From Pseudomonadota bacterium (GTDB taxonomy: Bacteria; Bdellovibrionota_B; Oligoflexia; Oligoflexales; CAIMVM01): 25,381 bases of DNA. Shown here one piece after another: positions 9,819 through 18,085 of the stretch. The notes beneath the pieces are model-generated. The model was given only the letters and a program-made list of their open reading frames with translations. It was not told the origin of the DNA and made no database searches. The stretch is taken from assembly GCA_037142195.1 (NCBI GenBank), contig JBAXBA010000052.1, positions 1-25,381 on the forward strand, read 5' to 3'. Positions within the stretch are counted from its first letter, which is position 1, and each line of letters starts with the position of its first letter. The position numbers and the translations under genes are program-made.

Positions 9819-10007
9819 GCCTGTTTGGGGAGCGGAAGTTCTATTTTGAGGCTGAACTGGTGATTTGACGAGCAAATGAGGCATAGATTTTGATGTGTCG
9901 CCTCAAAACTTAGCATTTCCTAACTAATCGAGGTGGAATTCTTCTTTCTCACTTGACTTGCACCCCCAATAATCTTAGAAAGTTGACTCGCTACGCAAGT
10001 GGCAAGT

Positions 10008-10084
10008 AGGGGCGTCGTCAAGTGGCTCAAGACACTGGATTTTGATTCCAGCATTCGTAGGTTCGAATCCTTCCGCCCCTACCA
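10008..10084 (+). tRNA. tRNA-Gln (anticodon TTG)
   Basis: AGGGGCG/CGCCCCT acceptor stem, CTGGA-TTTTGAT-TCCAG anticodon arm, GGTTCGAATCC, encoded CCA. Sits in the usual position upstream of prs. Confidence 0.96.
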
Positions 10085-10125
10085 CTTTCCATATAGCATC
10101 GGAATGTAATGTGTAAATGTGATAT

Positions 10126-10170
10126 CAAAGACCAAAAGTTTCATTACTTTAGGTCTTTTGTTCTTTTTTT
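10126..10170 (+). terminator. Probable intrinsic terminator or attenuator between tRNA-Gln and prs
   Basis: AAAGACCAAAAGT-TTCATT-ACTTTAGGTCTTT hairpin followed by TGTTCTTTTTTT. Confidence 0.55.
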
Positions 10171-10209
10171 AAGCATGAATTCAGGCAGTACGATTGGAAA
10201 GGGATACAG

Positions 10210-11157
10210 ATGAACAAGGATGGCGAATTGATTGTTTTTACCGGGACTTCAAATCCGGAATTAGCTAAAGCCATATGTCGCTATTTAGATGTTCCTCTAG
10301 GAAAAGCCATTGTTTCCCAATTTGCAGACGGGGAAACCCGAATAGAATTGCAGCAGAATGTGCGCGGCTCTGACGTTTATATCGTTCAATCAACAAGTGC
10401 TCCAGCCAATCATAATATCATGGAAGCTTTGATTATGATTGATGCTTGCCGGAGGTCATCGGCCCGCACCATTACACTCGTTTGCCCCTACTTCGGGTAT
10501 GCCCGGCAGGAACGCAAAAGCTCCCCCCGAACACCTATTTCAGCAAAAGTAGTTTCCGATCTTTATGAGGCAGTAGGCGTAAGCAGGCTACTAACCCTTG
10601 AACTTCACACAGCAGCAATCCAAGGATTCTTCTCGATACCAGTTGATCATCTTTTTGCAAAGCCGGTTTATAGTGAATACTTCCAAAAATTTGAAAACGA
10701 AGACATGATCGTCGTTTCTCCAGATGCGGGTGGCGTAGAGCGGGCAAGAGCTTTTGCGAAATTGCTAAATTGCGGCCTGGCGATCATTGACAAGCGCCGC
10801 GATCGCCCCAATGAAAGCGATGTCATGCATATTATTGGGGATGTCACAGGTAAACACTGTCTCATCATTGATGATATTGTAGACACGGCCGGGTCTCTTA
10901 CCAAAGCTGCCGCCTCTTTAAAGGCTAACGGTGCCGTTTCTATCTCTGCTGCCATTACCCACGCCGTCCTCTCAGGGCCCGCTGTAGGGCGCATTGAGGA
11001 ATCCTGTATTGAAGAGTTGATTGTAACGGACTCCATACCTCTCAGCCCATTAGCAGCCAAGTGTTCAAAAATAGTACAAATTTCAGTAGCGGAACTTTTG
11101 GCTAAAGCAATTCGCAGAATCCACAATCAAGACTCAGTAAGTTCCCTCTTTATTTAG
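10210..11157 (+). CDS. prs: Ribose-phosphate pyrophosphokinase
   Basis: FADGE, PYFGYARQ, VSPDAGGVERA, IDKRR, IIDDIVDTAGSL. Confidence 0.98.
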   Translation: MNKDGELIVFTGTSNPELAKAICRYLDVPLGKAIVSQFADGETRIELQQNVRGSDVYIVQSTSAPANHNIMEALIMIDACRRSSARTITLVCPYFGYARQERKSSPRTPISAKVVSDLYEAVGVSRLLTLELHTAAIQGFFSIPVDHLFAKPVYSEYFQKFENEDMIVVSPDAGGVERARAFAKLLNCGLAIIDKRRDRPNESDVMHIIGDVTGKHCLIIDDIVDTAGSLTKAAASLKANGAVSISAAITHAVLSGPAVGRIEESCIEELIVTDSIPLSPLAAKCSKIVQISVAELLAKAIRRIHNQDSVSSLFI

Positions 11158-11206
11158 TCCTTTACCTCATTGTTATAGAAATATGACTTGGGGTAGCAAT
11201 AATTTG

Positions 11207-11235
11207 TTGCAGACTGGCAACGGAGGCGTTATAAC
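11207..11235 (+). promoter_or_regulatory. Sigma-70 promoter of rplY-pth
   Basis: TTGCAG-N17-TATAAC followed by GC-rich GCCCC. Confidence 0.6.
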
Positions 11236-11345
11236 GCCCCTTCCTATTGAGATGTAGAGATTTTTACAGCACTTGGGAAACCACGCCAGGGTAGGCGTTA
11301 ATCATCACAATTTGTTCTAGAATAATCGTTTTTTGGGGTTAAAAA

Positions 11346-11624
11346 ATGTCAGATTTAGTAAGCATTGAAGCTCAGGTACGTGTAGGCCGAGGCAAGAGTT
11401 ATACCAGGAAGTTACGCGCAAGTGGAAAAATTCCTGCAAATATCATTGGAAAAGGCCAATCAACAGCGGTTGAATTGGACCCAAAGCTTCTTTCCAAAGC
11501 TTGGAAGAGCACAAAGCAGTTTAACCTTGTATTGAATGGGGCAACTCGCGTTGTTTCGATTCAAGAACTTCAAATTGACCCTGTGCGTCGCTTAGCGTTG
11601 CACGTGGACTTGATGTACGTGTGA
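11346..11624 (+). CDS. rplY: 50S ribosomal protein L25, short single-domain form
   Basis: RKLRASGKIPANI...ELQIDPV...LHVDL. 92 aa, located between prs and pth. Confidence 0.93.
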   Translation: MSDLVSIEAQVRVGRGKSYTRKLRASGKIPANIIGKGQSTAVELDPKLLSKAWKSTKQFNLVLNGATRVVSIQELQIDPVRRLALHVDLMYV

Positions 11625-12154
11625 AGCTCATAGTTGGACTGGGAAATCCAGGACAAAAGTATGAGGGAACAAGGCACAACGTGGGATTTATGCTCTTAGA
11701 TGAGATCATCCAACGTTGTGGAGGCAAATGGGAAGGGGTTTCATTCCAGGCTGAAGTTTCAAAACTTGAGCTATTTGGTGAAAAATCACTTCTTATGAAA
11801 CCTCAGACTTATATGAATTTAAGCGGACGATCAGTGAGAGATGCCGCCAAATTCTATAAGGTAGAACCACAAGACATTGTGGTGATACAAGATGATCTCG
11901 ATATGCCGCCCATGAAGGTTAAACTCCGAACAGGAGGGGGCCATGGGGGAAATAACGGGATCAGAAGCATCATTGAGGAGACATCGGTAGATGGGTTTCA
12001 TCGCGTGAAGATAGGCATAGGTAGGCCATCTGAGCGTGGAGACGAATCTTCTTGGGTACTCTCAAGGTTTAGTACTTCTGATGTTGAACTTATTAAATCA
12101 GAAGTGTATGACTCTGTAGTTCTGCGACTAAAGGAAATCTATAGTCGAAGTTAG
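11621..12154 (+). CDS. pth: Peptidyl-tRNA hydrolase
   Basis: LIVGLGNPG...TRHNVGF, KPQTYMNLSG, DDLD, GGHGGNNG, IGIGRP. Confidence 0.97.
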   Translation: MKLIVGLGNPGQKYEGTRHNVGFMLLDEIIQRCGGKWEGVSFQAEVSKLELFGEKSLLMKPQTYMNLSGRSVRDAAKFYKVEPQDIVVIQDDLDMPPMKVKLRTGGGHGGNNGIRSIIEETSVDGFHRVKIGIGRPSERGDESSWVLSRFSTSDVELIKSEVYDSVVLRLKEIYSRS

Positions 12155-12210
12155 AATTAGAAGCTTAAAGTCATTGAGATCTCATTTTTTTTGAGACGAC
12201 AGCCTTAAGC

Positions 12211-12251
12211 CTCCTTTGCTCCAATAATGGAGCTCTCAAGCCACGAAGGAG
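12211..12251 (+). promoter_or_regulatory. rpsF leader, S6:S18-binding RNA motif-like
   Basis: CTCCTT (12211-16) pairs with the SD AAGGAG (12246-51). The inner hairpin is GCTCCA-ATAA-TGGAGC, and the 3' internal loop contains CC. Confidence 0.7.
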
Positions 12252-12257
12252 AATAAA

Positions 12258-12638
12258 TTGGTTAGAGAATATGAATTTACTGTGATTGCAAATGCACAAC
12301 TTCCAGAAGCAGAAGTAGCAACCCTGATTGAAAAGTATGAAGCAATCATGCTTTCAGAAGGTGGAGAAGTGCTTCGAAAAAATGTTTGGGGTTCAAAAAA
12401 ATTGGCTTTTCCTATTAAGAGCCAATTCCGTGGATTCTATGTAAGCTATGACCTTGTGGCAAAGCCGGAGCATATGAAAGAAGCAGAGCGACTTATGAGA
12501 ATTGATGATAACATTCTCCGATATCTTTCTGTTCTATTGGACAAAGAAGTTGATGTTGCTGCACGCAAGGAAGAACTCATTGTTCTTGAAGCAGAAGCAG
12601 CAAAACGAATTGCGCAAGCGGCAGCAAACAATAACTAA
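12258..12638 (+). CDS. rpsF: 30S ribosomal protein S6
   Basis: REYEFTVI, WGSKKLAFPI, RIDDNILRYL. TTG start after AAGGAG. Confidence 0.96.
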   Translation: MVREYEFTVIANAQLPEAEVATLIEKYEAIMLSEGGEVLRKNVWGSKKLAFPIKSQFRGFYVSYDLVAKPEHMKEAERLMRIDDNILRYLSVLLDKEVDVAARKEELIVLEAEAAKRIAQAAANNN

Positions 12639-12661
12639 ATCGAATTCTAGAAGGTAGACAC

Positions 12662-13105
12662 ATGCGTGTAATTCTTACTTCCGACGTAAAACAGCTAGGC
12701 GCCATCGGCGACGTACTCAATGTTAAAGATGGTTATGCGAGAAATTTTTTAATCCCAAGGTCATTAGCTGTAGTTGCCAATGAAAGCAACAAAGCAGAAT
12801 TTGATCATAGAAAAAAAGTATTAGAAGCAAAAAAAGCCAAGATACTTGTAGAAATGAAAAAGCTTGCTTCACTTCTAGAGAAAGCGTCTCTAACCATTGC
12901 TAAGCAAGTGGGTGAAGACGAAAGAATTTTCGGAACCGTTACAACCGCGGAAATCGAAGAAGCCCTAGACAAAGCGGGACATAAAGTTTCTAGAAAAGAT
13001 ATCAAGCTTGAAGACATCAAAAAAGTCGGTGTTTACGAGGCCCATATCAATCTTCATCACTCAGTTACTGCAAAAGTAAAAGTGTGGGTTGTTGCTCAAC
13101 AGTAA
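12662..13105 (+). CDS. rplI: 50S ribosomal protein L9
   Basis: MRVILTSDV...LGAIGDVLNVKDGYARNFLIP, IFGTVT. Confidence 0.97.
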   Translation: MRVILTSDVKQLGAIGDVLNVKDGYARNFLIPRSLAVVANESNKAEFDHRKKVLEAKKAKILVEMKKLASLLEKASLTIAKQVGEDERIFGTVTTAEIEEALDKAGHKVSRKDIKLEDIKKVGVYEAHINLHHSVTAKVKVWVVAQQ

Positions 13106-13133
13106 TTTCATGGGGGAGTAATTCCACGTGTTT

Positions 13134-13163
13134 AAAAAGAGTAGAGTTTCTACTCTTTTTTTT
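13134..13163 (+). terminator. Intrinsic, potentially bidirectional, terminator after rplI
   Basis: AAAAAGAGTAGA-GTT-TCTACTCTTTTT-TTT. Confidence 0.85.
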
Positions 13164-13601
13164 GTCGTGCGCCTTCTCATAAAAAAATCATTTGTCGATA
13201 TATCCTTCCTTATCACCAGGAAAAATCTTGAGGGGAGGCAAAGGTCGGTGCTGGCCTCTTTTTGGGGGCAGCTAAAGATATCAAAATAGCAACTCAAACT
13301 GAGAAAAAGTAATTTTCAAACGAAACAGACTGCCGCCGCTCTACAACAAATCATAGAAAGAAGCTCTGCTTGAAATATCTAGTATCTAACATGAAGAATG
13401 TATCACCTATACTTTTTTCTATGGCAGACAGCAAAAGCATCATGGGAGCCATTTTCTACCACCAGGCATGTGGAGACGCTAAGGATACAAAGACCTACAA
13501 AGTGCGGCCTTTTCCCAAGGGAGACACTATCTTCTGAGATGTTCCAGTCGAGCCTACTGGTGATTGGTTGTCAACTATTCAGTAGATCGAGTCGCAGAGA
13601 A

Positions 13602-14243
13602 TCAGGTTCCTTCGGGCTTTGTTTCGACTTCTTGAAAAGGTGTCAATGAGCTTTCTCGAAGACTTCTAATTTTAACGATCAATTTTGCCATTCTGTCCAG
13701 GGCTTCGGAAATTCTCCCAAGGCGGAGAGACTGACTTTGATCGGTTATATTTCGGCTGAGCCAAAGCACATTGCCCAAGGCAATAGTAAGTGGATTGTTA
13801 AAGTCATGACTAAAAATGGAAAGACTTTCGCCTAAGCCTTGGAAACGGCGAAGCTGATGCAGTTCCACATAATCGTTTTTAAGGGAAATCATCGATAGAA
13901 TCTTTGCGGTCAAAAAATCTAAACTAGAATCGTTCGGCAAGCAATCATAGGCCCCAGCAGATAGCAGCGCGCAGGCCAGTTTTTGATCAAGCTCAGATAT
14001 TAGATACAAAAAAGGAATGTGCTGAGCCCGTCTGTCGCCTTTTAAAGTGCCGCATAGCAGCAAGGGATCATAGCTAGAGGCCTGCGTGTTTAGGATTATG
14101 CAATCAGGAAGTGACGCTTCTATATAATCAAGCATTTCCGTAGGGCAATCCGCTCTCTGCAACAAAAAAAGCTCGGAATCAAGGTGTTTTTCCAAGGTTT
14201 TAAAAGCCAATTTACTATTGTCTAGAATGAGAACTTTATACAT
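13602..14243 (-). CDS. Pseudo-receiver plus HisKA (DHp) protein, no ATPase domain
   Basis: REC-like fold (KVLILDN, PDCIILN, HIPFLYL, GAYDCL) with Asn52 at the phospho-Asp position. C-terminal H-box SHDFNNPL (His146). The protein ends before any HATPase. Confidence 0.8.
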   Translation of the reverse strand: MYKVLILDNSKLAFKTLEKHLDSELFLLQRADCPTEMLDYIEASLPDCIILNTQASSYDPLLLCGTLKGDRRAQHIPFLYLISELDQKLACALLSAGAYDCLPNDSSLDFLTAKILSMISLKNDYVELHQLRRFQGLGESLSIFSHDFNNPLTIALGNVLWLSRNITDQSQSLRLGRISEALDRMAKLIVKIRSLRESSLTPFQEVETKPEGT

Positions 14244-14298
14244 AGAAAAAACCTTGCGTTTAGATGCTATCGAGCCAACGACTCCGTAACAAATAGAT

Positions 14299-14325
14299 AG
14301 TTCGGCGCTTCAAAAAAAACCTTTA
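14299..14325 (-). promoter_or_regulatory. Sigma-28 promoter upstream of the pseudo-REC-HisKA gene
   Basis: TAAAG(GTT)...GCCGAACT, with TAAA-N15 spacing. Confidence 0.65.
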
Positions 14326-14504
14326 AAAAGCAAAAAAAGATAGCAAATCATGAGATAACGCAGGGAATCCTATCTGTAAAAGACTTCTATTTTACAAAAA
14401 ATCAATAGGACTCGGCACAAATCGCACCTAATCCTGGCCCGCATTCGGACGAAAAAAACTGAGCATTTCGGTTCCGAATGGAATTTAGGGGGGAGAGAAC
14501 CATT

Positions 14505-15158
14505 ATGGGTATTAATATCAAAGTCATACGTTCTTCATTTGACCTTGTAAAGCCGATGGCCCCCATTGTGGCGGATCGGTTCTATGAAATACTATTTCAA
14601 GACTATCCAGAAGCGAAAGTGTTTTTCTCGAAAATAGATATGCCAAAGCAAAAAAACGCCTTAATAGCATCGTTGGTCACTGCTATTAACAACTTAGACA
14701 ATCCGGATCAACTTACGCGCTTTCTATTAAATTTAGGTGAGAGTCATGGCCGCTATGGAGTGGAAGACCAGCACTATCAATGGGTAGGGCAATCCTTAAT
14801 GAAATCCTTAAAGCAATGTCTTTCGGAAGCTTGGACCCAAGATGTGGAATATCAATGGGCAGAAGTCTATGGAATCATGGCTGAAGCTATGAAAGCTGGG
14901 GCTAAGAGATCGAAGTCGAATGTTCGTGCTATTCATCGAGAAGCTACATCGGGCGCAATACCTCCATCAGATGCAAAAGTTGATACCCCTCAAGAATCCC
15001 AGTGGGCTCTTACGGATTCTGCTAAATTACACATTCGTAGTCTCGTTGAGGAGGTATTTGATGGCCTCATCAAAAAGGAAATTAGCATTTGCATTGAAGA
15101 TTATATGCAAAATATTGAAAAAATGTCCTTAGCTGATATAATAAAGAAAGCTATTTAA
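14505..15158 (+). CDS. Flavohemoglobin-type globin domain with an ~80-aa C-terminal extension and no reductase domains
   Basis: RFY (TyrB10), YPEAKVFF (PheCD1), PKQ (GlnE7), LGESHGRYGV (proximal HisF8), W..VY in the H helix. The ATG at 14505 follows GGAGAG. Confidence 0.9.
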   Translation: MGINIKVIRSSFDLVKPMAPIVADRFYEILFQDYPEAKVFFSKIDMPKQKNALIASLVTAINNLDNPDQLTRFLLNLGESHGRYGVEDQHYQWVGQSLMKSLKQCLSEAWTQDVEYQWAEVYGIMAEAMKAGAKRSKSNVRAIHREATSGAIPPSDAKVDTPQESQWALTDSAKLHIRSLVEEVFDGLIKKEISICIEDYMQNIEKMSLADIIKKAI

Positions 15159-15166
15159 ACAAACCG

Positions 15167-15394
15167 CTAGAAGCCATGACCTCCAAGGGAGGCCGGTGGT
15201 TTGGCATATTCTAGTACGCAACATCCTTCGTCCATCGCCTTTTGTATGGTTGATCTGAGGCTTAGGAAACACCTTTGTAATTTTGCTCCGTCAACTGTTA
15301 CTAAATAATAACAATCTCTATCTGATGCCAAGTAGCTTAAATAATTGCGCTTTATGGATTTGCCGTGCTTAAGAGGATTTTGCCCTATAAGCAA
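15167..15394 (-). CDS. Possible small hypothetical protein
   Basis: 75-aa ORF filling the globin-cheA gap, convergent with the globin and 8 nt from it. No recognisable motif, TTG start. Confidence 0.25.
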   Translation of the reverse strand: MLIGQNPLKHGKSIKRNYLSYLASDRDCYYLVTVDGAKLQRCFLSLRSTIQKAMDEGCCVLEYAKPPASLGGHGF

Positions 15395-15450
15395 ATTTGA
15401 AGAACTATTGTAAAATTCTAAATAAAGATAATCAGAATAGAATTTACTCC

Positions 15451-18042
15451 ATGAAAGAAAGAGCTGCCTTGGCTAACTTCGATTTAAAAATTCTATGCGT
15501 TGATGATGAGCCGTTCATATTAGAACTTTACGAAAGTGCGGTCAAAGAAGCAGGCTTTTCAGCGATTCTGTGCACAGACCCAGACGAAGCTCTCAAGGTA
15601 TGCAAGAATGAACAAGCGGATATCCTTCTCGTCATGAGTGACTTTCATATGCCTCAAATGACGGGATTTGAATTCAGGAAAAAACTCTTGGATCAAGGGA
15701 CTTCTCTGCCATTCGTAATCGTATCGTCATATGTTACTAAAGAAATGGCTCTAACGGCACTAAGCCTTAAAATCGCGGCGTTTTTTGATAAACCCATAAC
15801 TGAAGATGAGCTTGTTAAACTCATTGAAAAGCACAGCAAACCACGGCTAGAGTCCATCAGAGAAAGCCAAGCCCTAGAGACAGTCTTCCTAGAAGAAGCG
15901 TCTAATATTCTAGACGAGATGGATTCTGTACTTCTAGCGCTAGATCATGATCGAACAAGCCAAGAGAAACTCAATCTTATCTTTAGAGCCGCACATACTA
16001 TTAAAGGCTCCAGTGGGGTTCTTCCTAGTGACGTAGTGACTCGCTATGTTCATAAATATGAAGACATTATTTCAGGAGTAAAAAAAGGACAGCTCCAATT
16101 TTCTGATCAAGTCTATGAGGTACTTCTAAAAGGCTATGATCGCATCAAAGAACTTATAGCTGCTGCAGCAAACAAGAAACTCGGAGAATTTCAATTAGAG
16201 GCGCTTTTACCAGAACTAGATCTTACGTCAAAATCTAAGTCATCTGAAAACGAGGCGCAAAAACCGGAGGCTAAATCCCAGCACGCACCAGCCTCTCCAT
16301 CGCTGCAGAAAGCAAAAGACACCATCTCTGTTCCAATCAATATGCTTGAGCAGCTCTCCGGCTGCTCTGGAGAAATCACAGTCATTAGAAATATGGTCAA
16401 TAAATTGGTTAAAGGACTGGAACTCCAATATATCGGAAATAGAGATATTCAAAACCTCGGCGAACTTCTCGAGGAAATGCACAAAATCAATGGTACCATT
16501 CAAACCTACATAACCGATTTACGCAAAGTTCCTCTTTCTGGGGTACTCAAGCCTATACCTCGCATTATTCGGGATCTCGCCAAAGACCTTGGGAAATCCA
16601 TTGACCTTACCATTGAGGGCGAGAAACTGAGAGTCGACAACGCTCTAGCGACAGTCTGCAGTAACAGTTTGGTCCATTTAGTGCGCAATAGCGCAGATCA
16701 CGGCATAGAAGATCAAGCGACGAGAAAGAATTTGGGTAAGCCAGATTCTGGCTATATCCAGATACAATGCAAAGAAGTCGGGGACGAAGTTCAAATATCT
16801 ATTAAGGACGATGGCAAGGGCATCGACCCAAAAATGATACGAAACAAAGCTTTGGAAAAGGGACTTTTTACTGCTCAGCAGCTGAGTGAAATGAATGAGC
16901 AGCAAACCCTGGGTATTATATTTGCTTCTGGCTTCAGCACTGCCGCCAAGGTCACCGACGTTTCTGGTCGAGGAGTCGGCATGGATATGGTGCGGTCATC
17001 AGTAGAGGCTGTGGGAGGGCAGATACTGATTGACTCCCGACCCGGAAGCGGATCGACATTTCTCCTTAAACTACCCATACCTAAGTCGGTACTAATCATC
17101 ACCGCGCTTCTAGTGCAAGCTGGGCGACACGCCTTTGCAGTACATCAGGATGCCATAGAACGGGTCATGCGCATTGAGTCTGAAAAATATTCCTCTCTAG
17201 TTCAGATGGCTTCCTTGGGTAGGACGCTTCGTTGCGGCGAAGACGTATTGCCTTTTCTATCACTTTCCGAGATTCTAAATATTCCTGAGGCAGGCGAAAT
17301 CAGTACAGCCAAAGGAGCCTCAAAGACGGTTTTGGTGCTAGTTCTCAGATCGGACAATCTAAGATATGCGCTTCAAGTAGATGAAATTGGTGATGCTGAG
17401 GAAATTGTCGTCAATAGAATTCAAACCTATTTTAACCCCAAAGCAGCATTTGCAGGTGCTACATTTATGGGAGACGGATCGGTAGGTCTGATTCTAAATA
17501 TTAAGGGTATTGCGGATCTAAGTAACATTAGAAGCGAAGAAAAAAAACAAGAGAGCGTTTCGCAGCGAGAGAAAATGTCTTCTACAAGTGCTACATTGGA
17601 TGAAGCAACTAGAAGCTTCCTGCTCTTTAAGCTTGCATCGAAAGCGCTTTTCGGGGTCCCCCTCGAGCAAGTCTTTAGACTAGAAGAATTTGAATCATCG
17701 AGAATCCAGATAAGCGGGGGGGAACGAGTAATTGTCTATCGCGATGGAGTCATGCCCCTATATTCCATTGAAAAAATCCTCAACTTACGACCTTCTTCCG
17801 CTAAAAATTTGCCCGAAAAAGAGTCTGACTCCAAGACAAAAGTTTCCGCTATAGTAGCAAAATCGGCCGATGGCTACTTTGGGCTTCAAGTTGAGACTGT
17901 AGTTGATATTGCAAGTTCTGATGAACCCATCTCCGATTCCATCCGAGATAGAAAAGGAATTGTGGGAAATGCTTACATTCGAGAACAAAACGTTACCATT
18001 CTAGATTTGTCAGTCGTTTTAGGTCTACCTTTGAGTGCTTAA
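15451..18042 (+). CDS. cheA: Hybrid CheA with N-terminal receiver: REC-Hpt-dimerisation-HATPase-CheW-CheW
   Basis: REC: LCVDDE, MSDFHMPQMTG, IVSS, FDKP. Hpt: FRAAHTIKGSS. Kinase: LVHLVRNSADHGIE, DDGKG, SGRGVGMDMV. Two P5-like domains. I prefer ATG 15451 over TTG 15397. Confidence 0.92.
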   Translation: MKERAALANFDLKILCVDDEPFILELYESAVKEAGFSAILCTDPDEALKVCKNEQADILLVMSDFHMPQMTGFEFRKKLLDQGTSLPFVIVSSYVTKEMALTALSLKIAAFFDKPITEDELVKLIEKHSKPRLESIRESQALETVFLEEASNILDEMDSVLLALDHDRTSQEKLNLIFRAAHTIKGSSGVLPSDVVTRYVHKYEDIISGVKKGQLQFSDQVYEVLLKGYDRIKELIAAAANKKLGEFQLEALLPELDLTSKSKSSENEAQKPEAKSQHAPASPSLQKAKDTISVPINMLEQLSGCSGEITVIRNMVNKLVKGLELQYIGNRDIQNLGELLEEMHKINGTIQTYITDLRKVPLSGVLKPIPRIIRDLAKDLGKSIDLTIEGEKLRVDNALATVCSNSLVHLVRNSADHGIEDQATRKNLGKPDSGYIQIQCKEVGDEVQISIKDDGKGIDPKMIRNKALEKGLFTAQQLSEMNEQQTLGIIFASGFSTAAKVTDVSGRGVGMDMVRSSVEAVGGQILIDSRPGSGSTFLLKLPIPKSVLIITALLVQAGRHAFAVHQDAIERVMRIESEKYSSLVQMASLGRTLRCGEDVLPFLSLSEILNIPEAGEISTAKGASKTVLVLVLRSDNLRYALQVDEIGDAEEIVVNRIQTYFNPKAAFAGATFMGDGSVGLILNIKGIADLSNIRSEEKKQESVSQREKMSSTSATLDEATRSFLLFKLASKALFGVPLEQVFRLEEFESSRIQISGGERVIVYRDGVMPLYSIEKILNLRPSSAKNLPEKESDSKTKVSAIVAKSADGYFGLQVETVVDIASSDEPISDSIRDRKGIVGNAYIREQNVTILDLSVVLGLPLSA

Positions 18043-18085
18043 ATACCCGAGTAAATTGGCAATCTTAACGAGAAAGAATTAATCC

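Noticed and set aside
13200..13300. c-di-GMP-I or SAM-I riboswitch (GGCAAA and CTTATC words)
   Set aside because: The remaining conserved stems and motifs are absent, and no clear downstream gene follows.
13398..13649. 83-aa plus-strand ORF
   Set aside because: No RBS or motif, and it overlaps the 3' end of the pseudo-REC-HisKA gene.
14454..14480. Sigma-28 promoter for the globin (AAAA-N15-TCCGAATG)
   Set aside because: The match is too degenerate in both boxes to list as a feature.
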